NCBI GenBank assembly: GCA_964556485.1
Contig: CAZKVV010000001.1
Location: 84,551 to 148,550, forward strand
Direction of reading: 5' to 3'
Length of the DNA: 64,000 bases
DNA from: an uncultured Pseudomonadales bacterium
GTDB taxonomy: Bacteria > Patescibacteriota > Microgenomatia > UBA1400 > PJMF01
How positions within the stretch are numbered: position 1 is the first letter of the stretch; every line of letters starts with the position of its first letter. Below, piece by piece: positions 1 to 9,374 of this stretch. The notes under the pieces were generated by a model. That model made no database searches. It had not been told where the DNA came from and was given only the letters and a program-made list of their open reading frames with translations. A program made the position numbers and the translations under genes.

Positions 1-228
1 GATTTACCAGTCGATATTGGTTTAAAGAGAAGGGTTGAATCAGGCAAAATTGACCGGCTTGATATGGAGGGCGAACAGTTTCATGTAAAAATTCGCAAAG
101 CGTATTTAGAAATTGCGAAAGCAGATTCTACGGGTAGGTGGCACATCGTTGATGCTTCGGAGTCGTTGGAGAGTGTGGAAAACGAGTTGTGGGATAAAAC
201 ACAACAGGCATTAAAGCACCTTGAATAA
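1..228 (+). CDS. tmk: thymidylate kinase, C-terminal fragment (5' end outside window)
   Basis: Frame-1 ORF running in from the window edge to TAA at 226-228. The tail ...RLDMEGEQFHVKIRKAYLEIAKAD...WHIVDASESLESV matches the conserved C-terminal region of dTMP kinases (E. coli ...[22 protein letters not shown]...IHTIDATQPLEAV). Confidence 0.7.
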   Translation, partial: DLPVDIGLKRRVESGKIDRLDMEGEQFHVKIRKAYLEIAKADSTGRWHIVDASESLESVENELWDKTQQALKHLE

Positions 229-246
229 TAGTGTACGATTACTATC

Positions 247-1596
247 ATGCATTTGAACGAACAACACAGTGCCAATCACGGTCATCAACAACGCGAACAT
301 GAGCAAACATTTGTTTTTTTAGAGGATGTGCCTGCAGAAAAAACCTTTGAAGTTGCCCAAGAAAACCTCGATGCTGTTTTTGGTGGATTAACAGATAAGT
401 TGGGAAATGATTTGATTGGAACTTATGGGAGAGGCGAATGCTTGAGAGTTTTAGCTCGATGCGAGTATGTCGCATCGTTCCTTAAACAACAATTTGGTGA
501 TACAGCTCTTTGTCATCCTCAAGATCCAAATTATTTTTTTACTCCAGAGCTAACAGAACAAGCGCGTAAGGCAATGATGGATTTGACTCCAGCCGGTAAT
601 CCTACACCTGTGGGATTATTGAGAAATTACCATGAAGCAAATGAAGTCGAGTCTGTTTCAGATGGCATTGATGGTTACTATCAGTATCCAGCTTGGGACA
701 GAATAGTTCCTGAAGGGGAAGAATATGACAAAAACCAGGAGCTCAATTTTTATCGCAAATTACTCGTCCACATCATGACCACGCAGTACTACGTCGATGA
801 GCTAGGTGGCAAAATTAATGAGTATATTCGGTTGGCAAACACCCATGGTTGGCCATTACAGACTGGTGTATTTGCTCAACTCAGGCAAAACAATGGTAAG
901 TATGCCGAAATCGATCTCGAACGGTTGAAAGTGAGGATGTTGCTGCATGATATTGGTAGATGGGTGACACATCACGAGGTGTTGCACGAAACATTGCCGG
1001 ATCTTATTGCTAATTATATTGGTTTAAAGCCACCACTTATTAGTCATGAATTTGACCATGATGAACGGTATAGAAAGGGCGGAGACGAGCGAGTAGATCC
1101 AGAAAATATATATATTGAAGAGAGCATGCTGCATTATGTCGATTTTGTAGCAAAGCGACATGATGAAAACAACCTGAATGATGATAGGCTGCGCTCACTA
1201 GACCAGTTAGCAGAACACGCAATTAGTAGGGCTGCCAACTATAATGGAAAGTTGAAAGAATACCTCACACTTTTGAAGAAAATGGCACAAGAAAAAGGTT
1301 CGGAACTTTCTTCACAAGAAAAAGTTAACCATGCTCTCAAGTTTTTGCAGGAAGAAAGCTCTGACGAACAAGCGCAGTTTTATCGAAGAGAAATTTTATT
1401 CTTACAAAAAGTACTGCCATTTTTTGGAGTGGGACATGGCACTGGAATTCTTGGTGCAGTTGGGACTGATTTATATCAATTGCAGGAAAGAGTTGAACAA
1501 GTTTGGAATGCAGCTATAGAAGATTCCACCTTCCTCTCCTATAATCGAGATCCACTTCCTGATGCAGTCGATAAAGCGTTGTTAGGCCAGCAGTAA
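247..1596 (+). CDS. hypothetical protein (449 aa) with a possible HD-like motif (MLLHDIGRW...HHE)
   Basis: Long uninterrupted ORF between tmk and recR. No family recognised beyond a weak H...HD-like motif. Confidence 0.5.
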   Translation: MHLNEQHSANHGHQQREHEQTFVFLEDVPAEKTFEVAQENLDAVFGGLTDKLGNDLIGTYGRGECLRVLARCEYVASFLKQQFGDTALCHPQDPNYFFTPELTEQARKAMMDLTPAGNPTPVGLLRNYHEANEVESVSDGIDGYYQYPAWDRIVPEGEEYDKNQELNFYRKLLVHIMTTQYYVDELGGKINEYIRLANTHGWPLQTGVFAQLRQNNGKYAEIDLERLKVRMLLHDIGRWVTHHEVLHETLPDLIANYIGLKPPLISHEFDHDERYRKGGDERVDPENIYIEESMLHYVDFVAKRHDENNLNDDRLRSLDQLAEHAISRAANYNGKLKEYLTLLKKMAQEKGSELSSQEKVNHALKFLQEESSDEQAQFYRREILFLQKVLPFFGVGHGTGILGAVGTDLYQLQERVEQVWNAAIEDSTFLSYNRDPLPDAVDKALLGQQ

Positions 1597-1598
1597 CT

Positions 1599-2201
1599 AT
1601 GAAACTCCCAAAAGCAGTACAAGCCCTTGTCGATTCATTTGAAAAACTACCTGGAATTGGGCCAAAGTCTGCGCAGCGGCTGGTTTTTTACTTGCTGCAC
1701 AATCCAGAGCATGAGTTGGCGCAGTTTGCACGCAATCTAGAAAATCTCAAAAAAATGACTGTGCTATGTACGAAGTGTCACAATGTGAGTGAAAGTGATC
1801 CGTGCCAAATTTGCGCCGACACTTCACGCGATGCTACTTTGCTTTGCATTGTTGAACAACCACTTGATGTTTTAGCTATCGAAAAATCGGAATCATTTAA
1901 GGGCTTATATCATGTTTTGCATGGTTCAATAGCCCCTCTGCATAATATTGGTCCAGAGCAACTGTTTTTACATGACGTTGTAAGTAGACTAGATGCAGTT
2001 GCAGAGCTTGTGATTGCCACAAATCCAACCATGGAAGGTGAGGCAACAGCTTTATATATAAAAGAATATCTGATTCAGCAAGGAAAACATTCAGAATTAG
2101 CAATTTCAAGAATTGGACATGGATTACCAATCGGCGCAGATATTGAGTATGCAGATGGCATGACATTATCTCGAGCACTCGAGGGCAGAAGACAGTTGTA
2201 A
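1599..2201 (+). CDS. recR: recombination protein RecR
   Basis: N-terminal HhH (LPGIGPKSAQRL), C4 zinc finger (CTKCHNVSESDPCQIC) and Toprim-like C-terminus. Start lies 3 nt after the upstream stop. Confidence 0.9.
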   Translation: MKLPKAVQALVDSFEKLPGIGPKSAQRLVFYLLHNPEHELAQFARNLENLKKMTVLCTKCHNVSESDPCQICADTSRDATLLCIVEQPLDVLAIEKSESFKGLYHVLHGSIAPLHNIGPEQLFLHDVVSRLDAVAELVIATNPTMEGEATALYIKEYLIQQGKHSELAISRIGHGLPIGADIEYADGMTLSRALEGRRQL

Positions 2202-2357
2202 TCGTTGTGTTATTTTTAAAAGGTGCTATCATACTCTTGTAATGGCGAAAGTCAAAGCAGCTAATTCAACCGCATTTTTCATATTGAGATCTGGCGGTTT
2301 TTTTTGTGAAGACCGCAAGTAGAACTATGTTCCAATGTGGAACTGAAGGGAGGTACT

Positions 2358-2714
2358 ATGACAGTAATTGTCGAGTCCAAACGCATGAAGGTCACACAGG
2401 CGCTGCGACAGTTTGTCGAGCAGCATGCCAAAAAAATTGCCAAGCTGAGTAAGCCAGCAACAATGATTCGTGTCAATCTTGAAACGGTTGAAAAAAAATC
2501 AAATGATCCACTGGCAAACTCTGTTACATTTAGAGTTAAAACACCAGGAAAAGATGTGGTTGTAACAAAAAAGGCAGTCAATATGTACGATGCAATTGTT
2601 GATGCTTCTCGGGGAGCAGCCAGGCAATTACGCAAATACTATGAGCGTCAACTAGGATCCAAGCGACTGAAGCGTCACGAGGTTAGTAATGATACTTTGC
2701 CTACAGCCTTCTAG
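2358..2714 (+). CDS. hpf: ribosome hibernation promoting factor (HPF/RaiA family)
   Basis: MTVIVESKRMKVTQALRQFVEQHAKKIAKL...VNLE...MYDAIVDASRGAARQLRKY fits the HPF/YfiA pattern. ATG at 2358 sits behind a GAAGGGAGG RBS; the ORF track started upstream at 2337. Confidence 0.75.
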   Translation: MTVIVESKRMKVTQALRQFVEQHAKKIAKLSKPATMIRVNLETVEKKSNDPLANSVTFRVKTPGKDVVVTKKAVNMYDAIVDASRGAARQLRKYYERQLGSKRLKRHEVSNDTLPTAF

Positions 2715-2772
2715 CAGCTTAGTAATTGCTAAATTCATACCTAATCCTGTATTGTGGTCGTAAGGAGTTACT

Positions 2773-3249
2773 ATGAATGACGATACTACCACGATGCCAA
2801 CACTTACTTCGGACACGCCCGCAAGTGATCCGTTGGCGGCAGCACTAGCCGCAGATGATGGGTTGGCACAACCTGCTTCGTTAGCTGCAGATGCTCCGGC
2901 AGATGATCAAAGTCAAAAGAGTCCACTTGACATTCTGGAAGAATTACTAAAAGAATCTGGTAATTCGGGAGCATCGTCTCAACCTACTGCGCCAGCTGCA
3001 GAGCCGGGCCAACCTACAGAAGAGGAAAAGGCTAAGAAGTTGGAAGAGTTGCAAGAGAAGATGGCAGAGCAAGCTATAGAAGATAAAGAAAACATTGCAA
3101 AACAACAAGAATTATTAGAATCTTTGAAGCAAACACCGCAATACCAAGCTCGTGTGCAGCAAAATGAAGAAAAAGCACAAACTGAAGCAGACAAAGATAC
3201 GGCAGGACAAGGCTTTGAGATTACACAACTAAAGCACGACAAAGTGTAG
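2773..3249 (+). CDS. hypothetical acidic low-complexity/coiled-coil protein (158 aa)
   Basis: ORF with RBS-like GGAG upstream. Ala/Asp/Glu/Gln-rich; no family recognised. Confidence 0.45.
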   Translation: MNDDTTTMPTLTSDTPASDPLAAALAADDGLAQPASLAADAPADDQSQKSPLDILEELLKESGNSGASSQPTAPAAEPGQPTEEEKAKKLEELQEKMAEQAIEDKENIAKQQELLESLKQTPQYQARVQQNEEKAQTEADKDTAGQGFEITQLKHDKV

Positions 3250-3261
3250 CAAGGGATACGT

Positions 3262-3834
3262 ATGAGTGGAGGTCAACCTGGTGCACCAGGTATGGGAATG
3301 CCTGGAGACATGGGTGGCGCAGGTTCAATGGATGTACTTAGTCAGTTGGGTCAACTTGGCGCAGCTGGTACAAGTCGTTCTTCTGGATCATCGCAAGGTC
3401 AAACACCAAAACCACCGCCACCCCCAAGACCAGTGGGGACAATTACCGAAGAGCTTGGTATGATCGGATCGGATTTTGGTAAAGGTGTTGTTGATCTTCT
3501 TAACTTTGCCAAATGGTTTGGGATTGAGTCAGCTCAGCTTTCACCAGAAGAAAAAGCAAAATTGAAACAAGTCCATACCAAATTTACCCAATTAACCGAG
3601 CAACAACAGATGGTTGCCCGGGAGAAAATGCAAAAAGAGCAGCAAAGAAAGCAGCGTATCGCACAGGAAGATGCTCAAAAAAGACAAGCAGATGCAGATA
3701 GTAAACAGAGCTATGTAGTACCATCGGGAAAGCAATCTGGAGCACAAAATGCGGGCGGCAACAAAAAACAGCGGGCCGTGCAAACTCTTCAAGATAAAAG
3801 AAAAACCCTTAGTGGGCCTAGTAGCGCTAACTAA
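3262..3834 (+). CDS. hypothetical Gly/Pro/Gln-rich protein (190 aa)
   Basis: ORF 12 nt after the previous gene. G/M-rich N-terminus, a PPPPPRP tract, K/Q-rich C-terminus; no family recognised. Confidence 0.45.
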   Translation: MSGGQPGAPGMGMPGDMGGAGSMDVLSQLGQLGAAGTSRSSGSSQGQTPKPPPPPRPVGTITEELGMIGSDFGKGVVDLLNFAKWFGIESAQLSPEEKAKLKQVHTKFTQLTEQQQMVAREKMQKEQQRKQRIAQEDAQKRQADADSKQSYVVPSGKQSGAQNAGGNKKQRAVQTLQDKRKTLSGPSSAN

Positions 3835-3981
3835 GGACATACGATATACTCCCACTATGTATATGAATTTATTATTTTCCATCTGTTGTTTCAAAGGTAG
3901 CTAACATTTGAGGATGTCGAAGTATACTAGCCGTCCTCAAGGGGGGGGCGGTTTTTTTATGGTTAACGTTAGAAAGTTGTG

Positions 3982-4726
3982 ATGACAAAACAAGAAATAC
4001 GCATTTTACCAACCTGGCAGGAAAAGGGAGTAGCTATTGTAGTAGCTCATCCAGATGATGAAGCTCTTTTTTGGGGATTAGTGGAGTCACTTTGTTGATG
4101 CTGTTGTCCCAGTTACCATTATTTTAATGACTCTTGGCGAGCTCGGCATTGCCTTCACCGATCAAAAAACGACTCCTGAGCAAATGGCCGAAATTAGATA
4201 TGGTGAGTTTATTTCTGCGATGGCAGAGCTTGGATTTGGCTATGAAATTTTGGCATTACCAGATTTGGGTTTAAGTAGTATCGATTTCTCTGTTATGGTT
4301 ATGTCGCTGTTGTCACTGTTTCGCACGCACGATTTTGCCAGCATTTTTGCTTTTGCTCCAGACGAGTTCACGCCACTTTTTGATCACCCAGATCATACTA
4401 AATCGGGTGAAGCAGCTCGCTACGCAGCCATGGCAACAAATGTCGGGCGCCTGCTGCCAGAAAGTCCTGCAATTGAGGGTAGGCCAGAGTTATACCTGAG
4501 ACGAACTGAAAAGAATCGGTCTACACACCAGCTTCCACTCACGAGTCAGGCTAGAGAACGCCGCGATGCGTTTCTTATCGGTCAGTATCCTTCGCAGTTC
4601 AGCCAAGAAAATCATGCACAGTGGAGTGAGGCTTTCGACCAAGTTCATCATTTCAAAAAGCAGTCGAGAAAAAAGTTCTCCAACAAAGACAAGAAACAGA
4701 CAGAATATTACCAGAGAATACGGTAG
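3982..4726 (+). pseudogene. PIG-L/LmbE-family N-acetylglucosaminyl deacetylase, disrupted by a +1 frameshift
   Basis: Frame 1 from ATG 3982 encodes MTKQEIRILPTWQEKGVAIVVAHPDDEALFWGLVESLC and stops at TGA 4096-4098. Frame 2 opens at 4082 (stop TAG at 4079-4081) and continues ...VVPVTIILMTLGELG...FDHPDHTKSGEAARYA. HPDDE, TxGExG and HPDH are the LmbE/PIG-L signature motifs. The two frames overlap only across 4082-4098. Confidence 0.55.
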
Positions 4727-4755
4727 AATAGGGATGTTCCCGAGGAAAGGATTAA

Positions 4756-6174
4756 ATGGTTACACTTTACAACACGCTGACACGAAACATTGAGGCATTT
4801 ACCCCAAGAGATGCAAAAAAAGTGGGACTGTATGCTTGTGGTTTTACTGTCTATGACTATACACACTTAGGTCACTTGCGAAAGTATTCACTCGACGATG
4901 TGTTGGTACGGATGTTGCGTCATGCTGGCTATGAAGTGACCTTTGTACAGAATGTTACAGATGTAGGTCATTTGGCTTCAGATGCTGATTCGGGTGAAGA
5001 TAAGCTCGAAAAAGGTGCCAAAAAATATGGTCAAACGGTGTTTGATGTTGCTCGGACTTTTGAAGACTACTTTTTTAAAAGCATGGATGCCATGGGAAAT
5101 CTTCGCCCAGATGTGAGTTGCCGGGCAACAGAGCATATTGAGGCACAACTGGAAATGGTAAAAACACTTGAAGCAAGAGGTTTCACGTACGTAATTGAAG
5201 ATGATGGCGTGTATTTTGACACGGCAAAAATTGATGATTATGGCAAGTTAGCACATTTGGATATTGAACACCTCAAAGAAGGAGCTCGGGTTGAGATGGT
5301 AGCGGGCAAGCGAAATCCAACCGACTTTGCTCTGTGGAAGTTCGAGCGTCCCGGAGAAAATAGAGCGATGATATGGCCAAGTCCTTGGGCCGAGCGCAGT
5401 TTTCCCGGTTGGCATATTGAGTGTAGTGCTATGGCAATGCAGTATTTGGGCGACCAGTTTGATGTGCACACTGGTGGTATCGACCACATTCCCGTTCATC
5501 ACACCAACGAAATAGCTCAAGCAGAGGCGGCCAGTGGTAAACAACCCTTCGTGCGATACTGGGTTCACCACAATATGTTGCGAGTTGAAGGCGAAAAAAT
5601 GAGTAAGTCGTTGGGCAACTTTTTTACCATTGATGATGTCATAAAGAATGGGATTGCACCTAAGGCATTGCGATTATTATTCCTCACTACCCATTATCGC
5701 AGCCAACTTAATTTTACTTGGGATAGTTTGGCGGGAATTCAGAAGGCATTTGAGCGCTTAGTCGGGCAGTTCGCACTGGTCAATTCGGCAGATACGACGG
5801 GCGTTGTACTCTCGCCAGAAGCACAGTTGCTTGAGACTCGCTTTTTTACTGCAGTTGAATCTGATCTCAACACGCCAGAAGCTCTGGTTGTGCTGTGGGA
5901 AGTACTACGATCTCGATTGTCAGATGCAGAAAAGAAACTGTTACTGCTGGCATTCGATACTGTGTTAGGATTCGATTTGCCACTTTTACTCAAAGAGCAA
6001 AAAGTGACAGTTGTAGAAGAATATCCAGAAGAAATTCAAAAGTTGATACTCCAAAGAAATGAAGCTCGCGAGCAAAAAAACTGGAAAGTATCGGACGAAC
6101 TGAGAGCCGCCTTAGAAGCAGCTGGGTATGTGGTTGAAGACACTAAAGATGGAACTAGGGTAGAAATACAATAG
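4756..6174 (+). CDS. cysS: cysteine--tRNA ligase
   Basis: Class I aaRS motifs HLGHLRKY (HIGH) and KMSKSLGN (KMSKS) plus the Zn-binding Cys context; 472 aa is a typical length. Confidence 0.95.
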   Translation: MVTLYNTLTRNIEAFTPRDAKKVGLYACGFTVYDYTHLGHLRKYSLDDVLVRMLRHAGYEVTFVQNVTDVGHLASDADSGEDKLEKGAKKYGQTVFDVARTFEDYFFKSMDAMGNLRPDVSCRATEHIEAQLEMVKTLEARGFTYVIEDDGVYFDTAKIDDYGKLAHLDIEHLKEGARVEMVAGKRNPTDFALWKFERPGENRAMIWPSPWAERSFPGWHIECSAMAMQYLGDQFDVHTGGIDHIPVHHTNEIAQAEAASGKQPFVRYWVHHNMLRVEGEKMSKSLGNFFTIDDVIKNGIAPKALRLLFLTTHYRSQLNFTWDSLAGIQKAFERLVGQFALVNSADTTGVVLSPEAQLLETRFFTAVESDLNTPEALVVLWEVLRSRLSDAEKKLLLLAFDTVLGFDLPLLLKEQKVTVVEEYPEEIQKLILQRNEAREQKNWKVSDELRAALEAAGYVVEDTKDGTRVEIQ

Positions 6175-6227
6175 AAATGGGCAGTTTTACTTCATGCCCA
6201 AGGAAGTTGTTTCTATCTTACATTTGC

Positions 6228-6689
6228 TTAGTTGCCAAAGCCCGACATCTCGCAGCGGGTTGGAATTTTATCATTGAGTCCGTACAGTTTAGCAGCACCA
6301 GACTCAAAGAAATTATCCCATTTGGCATTGTAGTTGCCACAACGGCGGTTAAATTCGCCGCGGGCAACTGTCATTTGCCTGTTCCATTGAGACCAGGCGG
6401 TTCGATCTGCTGAAGACCATTGCAATTGATCTTCATAGCCCGCATTGCGGGCTTCAATGGCAGCCATCTCTGCCTCATAACTTTTGAGGTTGACGACCAA
6501 AGCGGACAGTTGGTTATACTGCTCCGTAAGGTCTGTTACTTGCGCCTGTGCTTCTTTTGCAGTTAGGACGTTTGCGGGGATGTTCGCCCAACCAAGTCCA
6601 ACTGCAATAAGCCTGATAAATATTGACACTGCAAGCAGAAGTAGGGTGCTTGTTACCACGTACACCCACAAGGGATATTTTTGTTTCAT
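6228..6689 (-). CDS. LemA-family protein (diverged)
   Basis: N-terminal TM helix. The C-terminal half NRQMTVARGEFNRRCGNYNAKWDNFFESGAAKLYGL matches the LemA pattern NRI.VARGDY..YN..I.TFP..AGMFGF. Confidence 0.5.
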   Translation of the reverse strand: MKQKYPLWVYVVTSTLLLLAVSIFIRLIAVGLGWANIPANVLTAKEAQAQVTDLTEQYNQLSALVVNLKSYEAEMAAIEARNAGYEDQLQWSSADRTAWSQWNRQMTVARGEFNRRCGNYNAKWDNFFESGAAKLYGLNDKIPTRCEMSGFGN

Positions 6690-6722
6690 TGAACCGCCTC
6701 CAAAAACGGTGTTTTTTTAGGG

Positions 6723-7391
6723 TTAATCTTCAGTTGATGTTCCCTCGGAATTGTCGAGATTGTTGAAAGTCATGCCCAGTCTTTCTTCAACGGCTGAGCA
6801 TTCAATTTGGTTAAGGTTGCTATCAACGCAACCACCATTAGCAATGATTGCCTTGGCGGTTTCGATTTTGGCAACTTGACCTTCGTCAACCAGGACTACT
6901 GGATTGGCATACGCCCGCGGCGCAGTGGTTACGCGAACATTCGCATACACCGACCACTGCTCATAATTTCCCTCTGGGGTGATGCAGAACAAAAAGGGCA
7001 CTGCATCACCGTAGGTGGCATCGATGCCCATCACTTCTTCGGTGTATGCGTTTACACCGTCGACATCAATTTTCCAAAATCCCGTGTAAGCGGGATCAGC
7101 AAAATTGGGCTCGATTGATTCTGTGGATGAGACAGGTCTACCCTGACACATCCAGCTATCAATCAGCCGCCCATCATCTGCCAATTGATATGCCCAAAAG
7201 AACATATCGTCTCGATTGGAGATATGATCCGCTATCAGAATTTGAGTCCTTTCGCGGAGCGCGTCCTGATCGGAATCAGGTGCTGGTGCAGCCTCTTGCG
7301 CATTTTCCATGCGCTCAGTGGTGGTGCCACATGCTGTTACTGCTAACAGCATTACTGCTAACAAAAAAAGTACTAATGTGGTTTTTTTCAC
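6723..7391 (-). CDS. hypothetical lipoprotein (222 aa)
   Basis: Signal peptide with lipobox LLAVTAC; no family recognised. Sits immediately upstream of (co-oriented with) the LemA-like gene. Confidence 0.55.
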   Translation of the reverse strand: MKKTTLVLFLLAVMLLAVTACGTTTERMENAQEAAPAPDSDQDALRERTQILIADHISNRDDMFFWAYQLADDGRLIDSWMCQGRPVSSTESIEPNFADPAYTGFWKIDVDGVNAYTEEVMGIDATYGDAVPFLFCITPEGNYEQWSVYANVRVTTAPRAYANPVVLVDEGQVAKIETAKAIIANGGCVDSNLNQIECSAVEERLGMTFNNLDNSEGTSTED

Positions 7392-7593
7392 TCGACCTTC
7401 TCCTTGAATTTGAAAAGAAAAGATAGAAACATGTTAAATAGCTCGCGTTCACACATCAAAAAAAAACAAGATTTGTGGACGTGAATGGAGAATTATACAT
7501 GAACGATACTAATAAGTCTATTATGGGACTAAATTAGGTGTATTTGTTGCTAAAATCAAGTAGTTTTGTCATACTTACTTAGAAGGGCTTCGT

Positions 7594-7785
7594 GTGTCAG
7601 CAAAAAAACTCTATATATCCAATAAAGATAAAGTCTTTTTAGGTGTTGCGGCCGCTTTGGCGCGTTATTTTAATGTTGATGTTACCTTGATGCGCATTAT
7701 TTGGGTGCTTTTACTACTTCCTGGGGGACTGCCGGGTATTGTGCCCTACATTGTCTGTTGGTTACTCATCCCTGAAAAAGAATAA
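7594..7785 (+). CDS. PspC-domain small membrane protein
   Basis: GTG start. KLYISNKDKVFLGVAAALARYFNVDVTLMRIIWVLL...IVPYIVCWLLIP matches the PspC domain pattern (LYRS..D..I.GVC.GLA.YF..D..LVR..FVL). Confidence 0.65.
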   Translation: MSAKKLYISNKDKVFLGVAAALARYFNVDVTLMRIIWVLLLLPGGLPGIVPYIVCWLLIPEKE

Positions 7786-7850
7786 AAAGCAAACTGCTGC
7801 ATCACCATTGTGTAAGCTATCGTACATTGACAATTAGTCTATAATGACGT

Positions 7851-8228
7851 ATGGCAAGAAAACCGGCAGTAGCGCAACACATCTGTGCAATTTTAGCTCA
7901 AAAGCATCTTTTGAGTGCTACCGGCATTGTACAAGAGTTGTCTGAACAGTTTAAGCAATACAATAAAACGAGTGTGTATCGTGCTCTCGAATCGTTATTA
8001 GCAGATGGCATTGTATGCAGGCAGCTATTGGCAGGTTCGGAGGTGCTCTATGAGTTGCGAGAACACCATCATGACCACACTGTGTGCACTAGTTGCCAAA
8101 CAGTGAATGCTATTGAATGTCAATCTCACCCAGCTCCTGTAGTGCAAGGATTTGCGGTTGACCATCACCATACAACCATGTATGGAGTGTGTGATGCGTG
8201 TCGAAATAATGTCTCAAAGAATAGCTGA
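7851..8228 (+). CDS. Fur-family metalloregulator (Fur/Zur/PerR)
   Basis: HHHDHTVCTSCQ ... HHHTTMYGVCDACR: the Fur-family HHDH-x2-C-x2-C and C-x2-C metal-site architecture. Ends in TGA. Confidence 0.8.
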   Translation: MARKPAVAQHICAILAQKHLLSATGIVQELSEQFKQYNKTSVYRALESLLADGIVCRQLLAGSEVLYELREHHHDHTVCTSCQTVNAIECQSHPAPVVQGFAVDHHHTTMYGVCDACRNNVSKNS

Positions 8229-9273
8229 TCCTCAACCTAAACTGTGGATGCTGGCAGTGTTTGCACTCTGTGCGGGAGTTGTGGTAATCACTAAAGGTGT
8301 AGACATGGAGTGGAATCGTGTTTTTAATAGATCTGATTCGTCGTTTGGCAAAGCTCAGTCTTCGCCCATAGTACTGCAAGAAACAGAAGTTGTGGAAGAT
8401 GCTCAAGTTGCAACTCAGTCTGCTCAACCAGTTTCAATAGAGCCCGGTGGCACTCTGCTTTTTGCAGGTGATATGCAGTGGGATAGATACATTAGGCAAA
8501 TGGCTACAAAAGAAGGATATGACTTTATTTTGTCTCCAGTGCGCAGTGTACTGCTTTCAGCAGATGCGGTAATTGCAAATCTGGAAGGGCCAGTGACGAC
8601 CTTTCCTTCAAAAAGCCTCACGGCAGACATTGGTAGCCATGACAACTATATTTTTACTTTTAGTCCAGAAGTGCTGCCCGTTTTGTATGACCACAACATT
8701 AGGGTGGTGAATCTGGGAAACAATCATATTTTGAATTTTGGTGCAGAAGGTCTTGCTCAAACCGAACAAAACTTGCAAGCAGCAGGGATTGCATACTTTG
8801 GAAATACCTCAAAAGAAACTTGGCTGGCAGATTCATTTTTAGAGTATGACTTGAATGGTTTGCAGGTATTATTGGTCAATTACAACCAATTTCTTGCGAG
8901 TGATATGGCTGTTTTGCTTGAGGAAATTCAGCAAAAAAATACTCAGTATGATGCGGTAGTGCTTTATACCCACTGGGGGAATGAGTACCTTACCGAAGCA
9001 AGCGCTTTGTATCAAGAACGGGCACATGCGTTTGTTGATGTGGGCGTTGATTTGATTATTGGTTCGCATCCGCATGTTATTCAGCAAAAAGAAGAATACC
9101 GGGGCAAAACGATTTATTACTCACTGGGAAATTTTGTGTTTGATCAGTATTTTGATCCCGAGTCTCGTAAGGGTTGGTTGGTTGAAGTTGCCTTTGATGC
9201 AGATGGTGAATATACAAGCAAGGAAATTCCGACATATCTAGAAAAAAATGGTCAGACCGTGTTGGTAGAGTAG
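8209..9273 (+). CDS. CapA/PGA_cap-family metallophosphatase-like capsule synthesis protein
   Basis: N-terminal membrane anchor followed by motifs GNNHILNFG, HWGNEY, IIGSHPHVIQ and YSLGNFVFDQ typical of the CapA family. ATG at 8209 overlaps the fur-like gene by 20 nt; ATG 8251 is an alternative start. Confidence 0.8.
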   Translation: MSQRIADPQPKLWMLAVFALCAGVVVITKGVDMEWNRVFNRSDSSFGKAQSSPIVLQETEVVEDAQVATQSAQPVSIEPGGTLLFAGDMQWDRYIRQMATKEGYDFILSPVRSVLLSADAVIANLEGPVTTFPSKSLTADIGSHDNYIFTFSPEVLPVLYDHNIRVVNLGNNHILNFGAEGLAQTEQNLQAAGIAYFGNTSKETWLADSFLEYDLNGLQVLLVNYNQFLASDMAVLLEEIQQKNTQYDAVVLYTHWGNEYLTEASALYQERAHAFVDVGVDLIIGSHPHVIQQKEEYRGKTIYYSLGNFVFDQYFDPESRKGWLVEVAFDADGEYTSKEIPTYLEKNGQTVLVE

Positions 9274-9374
9274 GGGGTTGCGCCTAGAGTATCGCCCTTC
9301 ATGGTTTTAGTCTCCATACGTCTTATAGTATTTACAAGTCTTATAATATATGTTATAATTAGTCGTTGTGGTTT

